64,000 bases of DNA from the NCBI GenBank assembly GCA_963831745.1, contig CAWHRD010000001.1, positions 134,293-198,292 of the forward strand, written 5' to 3'. A model generated the notes under the pieces. That model was given only the letters and a program-made list of their open reading frames with translations, was not told where the DNA came from and ran no database searches. Made by a program: the position numbers and the translations under genes. Positions 1 to 8,510 of this stretch are shown piece by piece (within the stretch, counting starts at the first letter, position 1; the number at the start of each line of letters is the position of its first letter). This DNA is from an uncultured Chloroflexia bacterium. Its GTDB lineage: Bacteria > Chloroflexota > Limnocylindria > Limnocylindrales > CSP1-4.

Positions 1-1679
1 TCGTCCGCGAGCGCTTCACGACGAGCGCCATCGACCACGCCTTCCTCGAGCCGGAGGCCTGCCTGGCGGTGCCGGGCGACGGCAGCCCCGGCGCGCCCGT
101 CCTCCACCTGTTCTCGCAGGGCCAGGGCGCCTGGGACGACCGCCGCCAGGTCGCCTCGCTCCTCGCCCTCCCGGAGACGGCGGTGCGGGTGACCCAGGTC
201 GCCACCGGCGGGGCCTTCGGCGGCAAGGAGGACCTGACGGTCCAGGGGCAGGCGGCGCTCCTCGCCCGCGTCACCGGCAGTCCCGTCCTCCTCGCCCTGT
301 CGCGGGCCGAGAGCCTCCGGCTGCACCCGAAGCGCCACGCGATCACCCTCGACTACGAGGTCGGCTGCGACGCGGAGGGGCGCCTCGTCGCCGTGCGGGC
401 CCGGATCGTCGGCGACACCGGGGCGTACGCCAGCGTCGGGGCCAAGGTCCTCGAGCGAGCCGCCGGCCATGCCTGCGGCGCCTACCGCGTCCCGAACGTC
501 GACGTCGTGGCCCGCACCGCGTACACGAACAATCCGCCGGCCGGCGCCTTCCGCGGCTTCGGCGTCCCCCAGGCCACGTTCGCCATGGACGGCTGCCTCG
601 ACCGCCTCGCCGAGCGGGTGGGCCTCGACGGCTGGGAGATCCGCTGGCGGAACGCCTGCCGGACCGGCGACCGCTTCGGGTCCGGCCAGCGCCTGGGCCC
701 CGGCGTCGGGCTCGAGAAGACGCTCCTCGCCGTCCGCGACGCCTACCGCGACGCCCGCGCCAGCGGCGCCGCCGCGGGGATCGCGTGCGCGGCCAAGAAC
801 GTGGGGATCGGCAACGGGATGGTGGAGCGCGGCCGTGCCCTCCTCCGCGTCGAGCCGGACGCGACCATCACGCTCTGGCACTCCTGGACGGAGATGGGTC
901 AGGGTGTCCACACGGTCTTCGCCCAGGTCGTCGCCGAGGAGACCGGCGTGGACGTGGCGACCGTCCGCGTTCGGGTCGACACGGAGCGCGAGCTCGACAC
1001 CGGCGAGACGACGGCATCGCGGGCGACGACGCTCGGCGGCCAGGCGGTTGCCGTGGCGGCCCGCTCGCTGCGGGCGGCGATGGACGCCCTGCCGCCCGGC
1101 GCCGACCTCGAGACCCTCGCCGGGCAGGAGTTCGGCGGCGAGTTCGTCGTCGACTGGACGACGACGCTCGACCCGGACATCGAGGACCCGGTCACGCACC
1201 TCGCCTACGGCTGGGCGACCCAGGTCGTGCTCCTCGACGACGAGGGGCGGCTGGCGCGGGTGGTCGCCGCCCAGGACGTCGGGCGGGCGATGAACCCGAC
1301 CCTCCTCGAGGGCCAGGTCGAGGGCGGGGTCCACATGGGGCTCGGGCTCGCGCTCACGGAGGCGTTCGTGACCGAGGGCGGCGTCCCGCTCTCCACGACC
1401 CTGAAGTCGCAGGGGATCATCCCCGCGGCCGGGATGCCCCCGGTCGAGGTGATCGTCGTCGAGGAGCACCAGCCGGAGGGCCCGTACGGGGCGAAGGGCG
1501 CCGGCGAGGCGGTCCTCGTCCCCACCCCGGCCGCGGTCGCCGGCGCGCTCCACGCCTTCGACGGGCGCTGGCGGACGGCGCTGCCGATGCGGGATTCCGC
1601 CGCGGCGCGGGCGGCGCTTCCGCGGGTCGATCATCTGCCGGCGGCCGGCGACGCCCGCCCGGAAGGAGCCCTCCCGTGA
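1..1679 (+). CDS. Xanthine dehydrogenase/aldehyde oxidase-family molybdopterin-binding large subunit, C-terminal ~560 aa (5' end outside window; codon phase starts at nt 3)
   Basis: Reading frame is open from the window edge in the frame of ORF 69..1679. Motifs GGAFGGKED, AFRGFGVPQ, GQGVHT and EGPYGAKGAGE are typical of Mo-hydroxylase large subunits. Stop TGA is at 1677-1679. Confidence 0.9.
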   Translation, partial: VRERFTTSAIDHAFLEPEACLAVPGDGSPGAPVLHLFSQGQGAWDDRRQVASLLALPETAVRVTQVATGGAFGGKEDLTVQGQAALLARVTGSPVLLALSRAESLRLHPKRHAITLDYEVGCDAEGRLVAVRARIVGDTGAYASVGAKVLERAAGHACGAYRVPNVDVVARTAYTNNPPAGAFRGFGVPQATFAMDGCLDRLAERVGLDGWEIRWRNACRTGDRFGSGQRLGPGVGLEKTLLAVRDAYRDARASGAAAGIACAAKNVGIGNGMVERGRALLRVEPDATITLWHSWTEMGQGVHTVFAQVVAEETGVDVATVRVRVDTERELDTGETTASRATTLGGQAVAVAARSLRAAMDALPPGADLETLAGQEFGGEFVVDWTTTLDPDIEDPVTHLAYGWATQVVLLDDEGRLARVVAAQDVGRAMNPTLLEGQVEGGVHMGLGLALTEAFVTEGGVPLSTTLKSQGIIPAAGMPPVEVIVVEEHQPEGPYGAKGAGEAVLVPTPAAVAGALHAFDGRWRTALPMRDSAAARAALPRVDHLPAAGDARPEGALP

Positions 1680-2698
1680 CCGCGACGACCCCGGGCCTCG
1701 TCTGCGCCCACCATCACCTGTACTCCGCGCTGGCACGGGGGATGCCGGCCCCGCCGAAGGTCGCCACCAGCTTCCAGGAGATCCTCGAGCAGGTCTGGTG
1801 GCGCCTCGACGCCGCCCTCGACCTCGAGATGATCCGCTGGTCGGCGATGCTCGGCGCCCTCGAGGCGCTCGAGAACGGCACGACCGCGATCGTCGACCAC
1901 CACGAGTCGCCGAACGCGATCGAGGGCAGCCTCGACGTCATCGCCGAGGCCTGCGCCGAGGTCGGCGTCCGGTCCGTCGTCGCCTACGGGATCACCGACC
2001 GCCACGGCCCCGACGGCGCGCGCCGCGGCCTCGAGGAGAACGAGCGGTTCCTGCGGGCCGGCGGGCGGGGCCTCGTCGGGATCCACGCGGCCTTCACCTG
2101 CACCGACGACTCGCTGCGCGCCGCCGCGGGCCTCGCCGAGGACCTCGGCGTCGGCGTCCACGTCCACGTCTGCGAGGGCGTCGGCGACGTCGACGCGCCA
2201 CGCCGGCTCGCCGGCCTCACCCGGGACGCGTGGCTGCTGGCGCACTGCGTCCACCTGCCGACCGACCACGCCCTGCGCGGGACGATCCTCCACAACCCGA
2301 TGAGCAACCTCAACAACGCCGTCGGGTACGCCGACCCGGCGCGCTTCGCGAACCCGGTGGCACTCGGCACGGACGGGATCGGCGGCAACGTCCTCGAGGC
2401 CTTCCGCCTGGCGTACGTGCTGCAGCGGTCCGTCGACGTCGCGTGCGGGCCGGACACGGCCTGGGGCTGGCTGGCGACCGGCTGGAAGCTCGTCCCGGAG
2501 GCGCGCGAGGACACGGTCGAGTGGTCGTACGACCCGATGGACCCCTGGCACGTCGCCTTCACCCCGGGGATCCGGCCGCTGCGGGTCACCGTCGGCGGCG
2601 AGGTCGTCCTCGAGGACGGCCGCCCGACCCGGGTCGACCCCGACGAGATCCGGGCGAAGGCCCGGGAGCAGGCCGCCCGCCTGCACGCGCGCCTGTGA
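1676..2698 (+). CDS. ssnA: SsnA-type amidohydrolase (putative selenium-metabolism aminohydrolase), N-terminally short form
   Basis: GTG at 1676 overlaps the upstream stop (GTGA), with GGAAGGAG about 8 nt upstream. 'CAHHHLYSALARGM...WWRLDAAL...IVDHHESP' aligns by recall with E. coli SsnA 'CSHNHFYSGLSRG...WWRLDRAL...VIDHHASP'. HVHVCE and GTDG motifs are also present. Confidence 0.85.
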   Translation: MTATTPGLVCAHHHLYSALARGMPAPPKVATSFQEILEQVWWRLDAALDLEMIRWSAMLGALEALENGTTAIVDHHESPNAIEGSLDVIAEACAEVGVRSVVAYGITDRHGPDGARRGLEENERFLRAGGRGLVGIHAAFTCTDDSLRAAAGLAEDLGVGVHVHVCEGVGDVDAPRRLAGLTRDAWLLAHCVHLPTDHALRGTILHNPMSNLNNAVGYADPARFANPVALGTDGIGGNVLEAFRLAYVLQRSVDVACGPDTAWGWLATGWKLVPEAREDTVEWSYDPMDPWHVAFTPGIRPLRVTVGGEVVLEDGRPTRVDPDEIRAKAREQAARLHARL

Positions 2699-2712
2699 TG
2701 CCGGCCACGGGC

Positions 2713-2787
2713 GTGCCCCGGCCCGCCGGCGACGGACGTGCCCCGGCCCGCCGGCGACGGACGTGCCCCGGCCCGCCGGCGACGGAC
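2713..2787. repeat. Perfect tandem repeat, 25-bp unit x3 (gtgccccggcccgccggcgacggac)
   Basis: Identical copies at 2713-2737, 2738-2762 and 2763-2787. The array begins 15 nt after the ssnA stop. Confidence 0.95.
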
Positions 2788-2817
2788 GGGTCGGACCCGC
2801 CGGGAGCCCGGTCGCCC

Positions 2818-2867
2818 GCACCCCGCGCGACCCGGCGCGCCATGCACCCCGCGCGACCCGGCGCGCC
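2818..2867. repeat. Direct repeat, 24-nt unit x2 at 26-bp period (gcaccccgcgcgacccggcgcgcc)
   Basis: Copies at 2818-2841 and 2844-2867. Each contains the palindrome ggcgcgcc. Confidence 0.85.
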
Positions 2868-3161
2868 CCGCACCGCGTTTCCGATCAGATGCTCGCCCTC
2901 CGAACCGTATGCCGGGTCGACCGGCCCGGGCGGCCCCATCCGCGGGCCGTGGGGAGCCGTCCGCGGGCGGCTCGTGCTCAGGATCGCCGGAGCGCACGTT
3001 CGAACCCGCCGACCCGACGCCCGATTCCCGCGATACGGTTCGAATGGACGTCATTTGATCGGATAGGTCCCGGACCTGCCGACTCCCGCCTCCCGACCGC
3101 CGACCGCCAACCGCCGACCTGCCCGAGTCCAGACCAGACCCCAGCTGACGAGGGATCCCCG

Positions 3162-6100
3162 ATGTCCGACCGGTTCCACCCCCTCTCGATGGAGCAGCTC
3201 ACCGACTGGGTGTTCACCGAGCTGGATGCGCGGGATTCGCTGTTCAACGTGCCGCGGTCGGCGTTCTTCGTCCCCCGGCCGGACCACCGCTTCCGGCGTC
3301 GCGAGTACGGCGTGGCGCTCGAGACGCCGTTCGGTGTCGCCGCGGGTCCCCACACCCAGATGGCCCAGAACATCATCACCGCCTGGCTCGTCGGGGCACG
3401 GCTCATCGAGCTCAAGACCGTCCAGACCCTCGACGAGCTCGACGTCCACAAGCCCTGCATCGACGTGGAGGACGAGGGCTACAACGTCGAGTGGTCGCAG
3501 GAGCTGCGGGTCCACGAGTCGTTCGACGAGTACCTGCGGGCCTGGGTCCTGATCCACGCCCTGCATCGCCGGCTCGGCTTCCCCGGGGAGCGGCCGGGCG
3601 TCCTGTTCAACATGAGCGTCGGCTACAACCTCGAGGGAATCCTGCGGCCCAACGTCCAGTGGTACCTGGACACCATGGCCGACGCGTCGGCTCACCTCCC
3701 GGCGTACGTGGAGATCGTCGCGCGGCGCTTCCCGGCGATCCGCGACGTCGAGGTCCCCGCCCGCCTGTCCGACACGATGACGCTCTCGACGATGCACGGC
3801 TGCCCGCCCGACGAGATCGAGGCGATCACCCGCTACCTTCTCGAGGAGCGCGGCCTGCACACGTCGGTGAAGTGCAACCCGACGCTGCTCGGGCCGGAGC
3901 GCGTCCGCGGGATCGTGAACGAGCGGCTCGGCTTCCGGGACGTGCCGATCCCCGACGCAGCGTTCGGACACGACCTGAAGTATGAGGACGCGGTCCCGAT
4001 GTTCCGGCGCCTTCGCGCGGTCGCCGACGCGCGCGGGCTCGACTTCGGCCTGAAGCTCTCGAACACGCTCGAGGTCGACAACTGGCGCGGCGTGTTCGAC
4101 CGCGATGCCACGATGTACCTCTCGGGCCGCCCGCTCCACGCGGTGACCGTGAACCTGGCGGCGACGCTGGCCGAGGACCTCGGCCCGGCGGTCCCCCTCT
4201 CGTTCGCCGGGGGCGCCGACGCCTTCAACGTCGCCGACCTGCTCGCGGGCGGCCTGCGCACCGTGACCGTCTGCTCGGACCTGCTCAAGTCGGGCGGCTA
4301 CCTGCGGATGCTCCAGTACCACGAGAACGTGGACGCGGCCTTCGACGCCGTCGGCGCGCGCGACATCCCCGACTTCATCCGGCGCACGGCGCGCGCGGGC
4401 GGGTTCGCCGACGCCGGCGCCGACCCCGGGGCTGGCGCGGACGTCGGCGCATGCGCCCGCTTCAATCTCCGCGGCTACGCCGACCGCGTCGGCGGGGAGC
4501 GGCGCTACCGCAAGGACGCCATCCGCACGGATCGCTCGAAGACGGCGCGCCACCTCGGCGCCTTCGACTGCATCGCCGCGCCCTGCCTCGACGAGTGTCC
4601 CGTCGACCAGCAGGTGCCGGCCTACATGCGCGCCGTCCGCGAGGGTGACCTTGCCGAGGCCGTGCAAATCACCCGCCTCGACAACCCGCTGCCGGCCGTC
4701 CTCGGCCGGGTCTGCGACCACCTGTGCGAGCACACGTGCGTCCGGACGCATGTCGACGAGCCGCTCGCGATCCGGCAGATCAAGCGGTTCGTCATGGACC
4801 ACGGGACGGACGACGCGGCCGCTTCTCCCGCGCCGGCACCGGGCGGCCCCCGGGTGGCCGTCATCGGTGCGGGTCCGGCCGGCCTGGCCGCCGCCGAGTG
4901 GCTGGCACGCGCGGGCATCGCCGTCACGATCCTCGAGGAGCACCCCTACGCGGGGGGCATGGTCGGCGGCGCGATCCCCGCCTACCGCCTGCCGCAGGAG
5001 CAGATCGAGCAGGACCTCGCGGTCCTGGCCCGCCTCGGGGTCGATATCCGATTCGGCGTCCGCGCCGGCCGCGACGTGACCGTGGCGGGCCTTCGCGCCG
5101 AGGGGTACGCGGCGGTCGTCGTCGCCGTCGGCGCCCAACGGGCGAAGCGCCTCGGCCTGCCCGGCGAGGACGCCGCCGGCGTGATCGACGGCGTGACGTT
5201 CCTGCGGAGCGTCCGCGAGGGCCGGCCCGTGGCGATCGGGGCGCGGGTTGGCGTCGTCGGCGCCGGCGACACGGCGATGGACTGCGCCCGGACCGCTCGT
5301 CGCGTCGGCGCCGCCTCCGTGCAACTCGTCTACCGCCGCACGATCGACCAGATGCCGGCCGACCCCGAGGAGGTCCACGCGCTGCGCGAGGAGGGGATCG
5401 AGGTCGTCGAGCTCGCCCGCCCGATCGGCCTCCGGGTGGAGGATGGCGCCCTCGCGGGCCTTCGCTGCATCCGGACCGAGTACCGGGGCGACCGCGACGC
5501 GGCCGGCCGAAAGGTACCCCACGACGTGCCCGGCTCCGAGGTGGAGCTGCCGCTCGACACCCTCGTTCTCGCGATCAGCCAGCACGCGGTGCTCGACCCC
5601 TTCGGCGAGCCCGCGCCGGCGCTAACGACGGGCGGGTTCGTGGTGGTCGACTCGGCGACGCTCGAGACGTCGATCCCCGGCGTGTACGCCGGCGGCGACG
5701 CGGCGGGCGCGGGGCCGGCCTCGATCGTGAAGGCAGCCGCCGACGGGAAGCGGATCGGGGCGTCGATCGCGGCGCGGCTCGGCGTGGACGCGGCGGCTCT
5801 CCCGACGGCCGCCGGTTACCGGCGGGCGCCCGGACTCGACGTCGGCGCGCTCACCGTCCGGCGGGCCCGCCGCGCCTACCGCGTGCCGGTCCACGCGACC
5901 GGGCTCGAGGCGCGGGACGGCTTCGAGGAGACGACGCTCGGCTACACGCCCGAGGAGGCCCGGGCCGAGGCGAGCCGCTGCCTCGACTGCGACACGCTCT
6001 GCAGCCTGTGCGTCGGCGTCTGCCCGAACATGGCCCTCCTGACCTACGCAACGGCGCCGGTGCGCGCCGCCGTCCCGACGGTCGCCGTCGCCGACGGGGC

Positions 6101-6593
6101 CGTCGCGGTGACCGGCTCGACGCCGTTCGCCGTCGACCAGGCCTTCCAGGTCGCCGTCCTCGCGGACATGTGCAACGAGTGCGGCGCGTGCGTCACCGCG
6201 TGCCCGACGTCGGGGCGGCCGTATCGAGACAAGCCGCGGCTGTACGTCGGCGCGGCCGACTTCGCCGCCGAGACGGACAACGCCTTCCGGATCTTCGGCA
6301 ACTGGGCCATCGAGGGCCGGTTCGACGGCGCGACGCACCGCCTCGACCGTCGGCCGGGCGACCCGACCTGTGCGTACTGGGCGCCCGGGGTCCGCGCCAT
6401 CCTCGACGCGACGACGTTCGCCCTCCTCGAGGCCGAGCCGGTCGGAGCGCCGGGCGACGGCACGCCGGTGTCCCTGGCGCCGGCGGTCGTCCTGGCGACC
6501 CTGCTGGGCGGCATCGCCGGCTCCGCGGCGCACCTCCCGACGGGGGCATTTGGCGGGGCCGCGACGCGGGTCGAGCCGCCGATCCTCGACTGA
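3162..6593 (+). CDS. ygfK: YgfK-type Fe-S/FAD oxidoreductase (putative selenate reductase subunit YgfK family; DPD-like N-domain, GltD-like NAD(P)/FAD domain, C-terminal 4Fe-4S)
   Basis: The ATG at 3162 begins 'MSDRFHPLSMEQL'. 'AAGPHTQMAQNI..IELKTVQ..KPCIDVEDEGYNVEWSQE', 'TMHGCPP.EIEAI', 'VAVIGAGPAGLAAA' and the C-terminal 'CLDCDTLCSLCVGVCP...CNECGACVTACP' match E. coli YgfK by recall. Confidence 0.9.
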   Translation: MSDRFHPLSMEQLTDWVFTELDARDSLFNVPRSAFFVPRPDHRFRRREYGVALETPFGVAAGPHTQMAQNIITAWLVGARLIELKTVQTLDELDVHKPCIDVEDEGYNVEWSQELRVHESFDEYLRAWVLIHALHRRLGFPGERPGVLFNMSVGYNLEGILRPNVQWYLDTMADASAHLPAYVEIVARRFPAIRDVEVPARLSDTMTLSTMHGCPPDEIEAITRYLLEERGLHTSVKCNPTLLGPERVRGIVNERLGFRDVPIPDAAFGHDLKYEDAVPMFRRLRAVADARGLDFGLKLSNTLEVDNWRGVFDRDATMYLSGRPLHAVTVNLAATLAEDLGPAVPLSFAGGADAFNVADLLAGGLRTVTVCSDLLKSGGYLRMLQYHENVDAAFDAVGARDIPDFIRRTARAGGFADAGADPGAGADVGACARFNLRGYADRVGGERRYRKDAIRTDRSKTARHLGAFDCIAAPCLDECPVDQQVPAYMRAVREGDLAEAVQITRLDNPLPAVLGRVCDHLCEHTCVRTHVDEPLAIRQIKRFVMDHGTDDAAASPAPAPGGPRVAVIGAGPAGLAAAEWLARAGIAVTILEEHPYAGGMVGGAIPAYRLPQEQIEQDLAVLARLGVDIRFGVRAGRDVTVAGLRAEGYAAVVVAVGAQRAKRLGLPGEDAAGVIDGVTFLRSVREGRPVAIGARVGVVGAGDTAMDCARTARRVGAASVQLVYRRTIDQMPADPEEVHALREEGIEVVELARPIGLRVEDGALAGLRCIRTEYRGDRDAAGRKVPHDVPGSEVELPLDTLVLAISQHAVLDPFGEPAPALTTGGFVVVDSATLETSIPGVYAGGDAAGAGPASIVKAAADGKRIGASIAARLGVDAAALPTAAGYRRAPGLDVGALTVRRARRAYRVPVHATGLEARDGFEETTLGYTPEEARAEASRCLDCDTLCSLCVGVCPNMALLTYATAPVRAAVPTVAVADGAVAVTGSTPFAVDQAFQVAVLADMCNECGACVTACPTSGRPYRDKPRLYVGAADFAAETDNAFRIFGNWAIEGRFDGATHRLDRRPGDPTCAYWAPGVRAILDATTFALLEAEPVGAPGDGTPVSLAPAVVLATLLGGIAGSAAHLPTGAFGGAATRVEPPILD

Positions 6594-6620
6594 CGGCCGG
6601 GTCGTCGGCCCGCGGCCCTC

Positions 6621-6983
6621 TCAGCTCGCTTCGGCCGCGACCTCCGCGACGCGCGCCTCGACGATCCGCCGCACGAGGTCGAGCGGGAGCGGCCGGTCCG
6701 CCGCGAAGCGGATCGTGCCCTTCCCCGCGAGGTAGGGCGCGAGCTCCTCGCCGAGCGCTGCCCGGACGCCGTCGCTCGCCGGGAAGAGGCTGAAGTGCCT
6801 CGCGAAGGCGTCGTAGGAGACGAGGAACCGGCCGGCCAGGCGGAGGCCGGGCATCGTGTACGTGATGACCTCCTCCGCCCCCGGTGCCGCGTCGCGGACG
6901 GTCGCCCGCAGCTGCTCCATACCGGCGCGGCGATCGTCCGGGAGGGCGGCAAGATACTCGTCGACGGTGGTCGGTGCGGCCAT
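6621..6983 (-). CDS. DUF1801 (YdhG-like) domain protein
   Basis: 'VDEYLAALPDDRRAGMEQLRATV...ITYTMPGLRLAGRFLVSYDAF..HFSLFP' resembles this family. ATG at 6983 has a GAGGGGGG RBS. The upstream M at 7022 is less likely. Confidence 0.7.
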   Translation of the reverse strand: MAAPTTVDEYLAALPDDRRAGMEQLRATVRDAAPGAEEVITYTMPGLRLAGRFLVSYDAFARHFSLFPASDGVRAALGEELAPYLAGKGTIRFAADRPLPLDLVRRIVEARVAEVAAEAS

Positions 6984-7094
6984 GATCGATCCCCCCTCGG
7001 TGCGTGGCGACGTGCCCCGCATGATCCCACGCGCGGTACGGGACCGCGGCGGGGGTCGACCCCGATGTCAGCCCTTGTGGCGGCGTTCCCCGTC

Positions 7095-8510
7095 CTACCC
7101 CGCCGCGTCCTCCACCATGCGCCGGAGCACCCGCGCCGTCGCCGACCGCCGGTAGGCCGCCGTCGAGCGCAGGCCGTCGCGCGGGTGGATGTCCTCGAGC
7201 ACCGCGGCAGCGGCCCGCTCCGCCACCTCGGCGGAGGGCACGGCCCCCTCCAGCACCGCCTCGGCGCTCGGCGCCCGGATCGGCACCTCCGTGATCGTCC
7301 CGACCGCGACCCGGACCTCGCGCCACGCCGGCGACCCGGGCTCCTCCCGCCACGCGACCGCCAGCGCGACCTTCGAGAGCGCGAGCGCCCGGCGCGTGCC
7401 GATCTTGCGGTAGCGGAGGTGCCGACCGCCGCCGACCGGGAACTCCATCCGGAGCAGCAGCTCACCCGGCCGGAGGGCCGTCCGCCGGTAGCCGGTGAAG
7501 AACGACGCGGCGGGAATCTCCCGTTCGCCGTCCGGCCCGCCGACGACCAGGATCGCCTCGGCCGCCAGCATGAGCGGCAGGCTGTCGCCGGCCGGCGACG
7601 CGTTCACCACGTTGCCGCCGAGGGTCGCCATGTTCTGGAGCTGCGTCGCCCCGAACACGGCCGACAGCTCGGCGATCGCCGGGAGATGCTCCGCCACGAG
7701 CGGTGACCGGCGGAGGTCCGTGTACGTCGCGGTGGCGCCGATCACGAGCCGCTCGCCGTCGAGCCGGATCCCGCGCAGCTCCTCGATCCCGCTCAGGTCC
7801 AGGAGCCCCTTGGCCGCGGCGCCGTCACCGGCGAGCTCGACCATGATGTCCGTGCCACCGGCGATCGGTCGCCAGCTGCCCTCGGCGAAGAGGGCGTACG
7901 CCTCCGCGAGCGTCGTCGGACGCACGAAGGCGGGCCCGACGCGGACGTCGGACCCCGGTTCGACGTTCGGCCGGATCGCCGGCCCCGGCAGCTCGCGCGG
8001 CACCTGCGGCAGGCCGCCCGGCACCTCGCGCGGGGCCGTCGTGGCCGCCATCGCGATCGCATCGATGACCTTCATGTAGCCGGTGCACCGGCACAGGTTG
8101 CCGGCGATCACCTCGCGGATGGCGGCGTCCGTCGGCTCGGCGCCGGAGTCGAGGAAGGCTCGCGCCGACATGAGGATGCCGGGCGTGCAGATCCCGCACT
8201 GCACGCCGCCCGAGTCGACGAAGGCGGCCTGGACCGGGTCGAGCCGCCCGTCGCCGGCGAGGCTCTCGACGGTCCGGACCTCGCGGCCCGCCACCTGGCC
8301 CACCGGGACCAGGCAGCTGAGCACCGGCGCCCCGTCGACGAGGACGGTGCAGGCGCCGCACTCGCCCTCCCCGCAGCCCTCCTTGGTGCCGACGAGGCCG
8401 AGGTCGATGCGGAGGGCGTCGAGGAGGCGCGCGCCGCCGGGCCCGGCGACCTCGACGGGCTCCCCGTTGACCTTGAACTGGGTCGCCCGGGTGGGCGCGA
8501 TGGTCGTCAC
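7095..8510 (-). CDS. XDH-family fused [2Fe-2S] small subunit plus FAD-binding medium subunit
   Basis: N-terminus has 'CGEGECGACTV' and 'CGICTPG...CRCTGY'. C-terminal half has 'PIAGGTDIMVE' and 'ATLGGNVVNASPAGD'. The GTG start overlaps the stop of the upstream gene (GTGA at 8507-8510). Confidence 0.9.
   Translation of the reverse strand: MTTIAPTRATQFKVNGEPVEVAGPGGARLLDALRIDLGLVGTKEGCGEGECGACTVLVDGAPVLSCLVPVGQVAGREVRTVESLAGDGRLDPVQAAFVDSGGVQCGICTPGILMSARAFLDSGAEPTDAAIREVIAGNLCRCTGYMKVIDAIAMAATTAPREVPGGLPQVPRELPGPAIRPNVEPGSDVRVGPAFVRPTTLAEAYALFAEGSWRPIAGGTDIMVELAGDGAAAKGLLDLSGIEELRGIRLDGERLVIGATATYTDLRRSPLVAEHLPAIAELSAVFGATQLQNMATLGGNVVNASPAGDSLPLMLAAEAILVVGGPDGEREIPAASFFTGYRRTALRPGELLLRMEFPVGGGRHLRYRKIGTRRALALSKVALAVAWREEPGSPAWREVRVAVGTITEVPIRAPSAEAVLEGAVPSAEVAERAAAAVLEDIHPRDGLRSTAAYRRSATARVLRRMVEDAAG

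Noticed and set aside
785-2698. The 637-aa ORF suggesting an XDH-SsnA fusion protein
   Set aside because: The XDH gene is in a different frame and ends at 1679. The upstream part of this ORF is frame-overlap nonsense, and SsnA similarity begins only after the GTG at 1676.
3037-3045. GGTTCGAAT, a tRNA T-loop-like motif in the ssnA-ygfK spacer
   Set aside because: The flanking bases do not form a T-stem, and no acceptor or anticodon arms can be drawn. It is not a tRNA.
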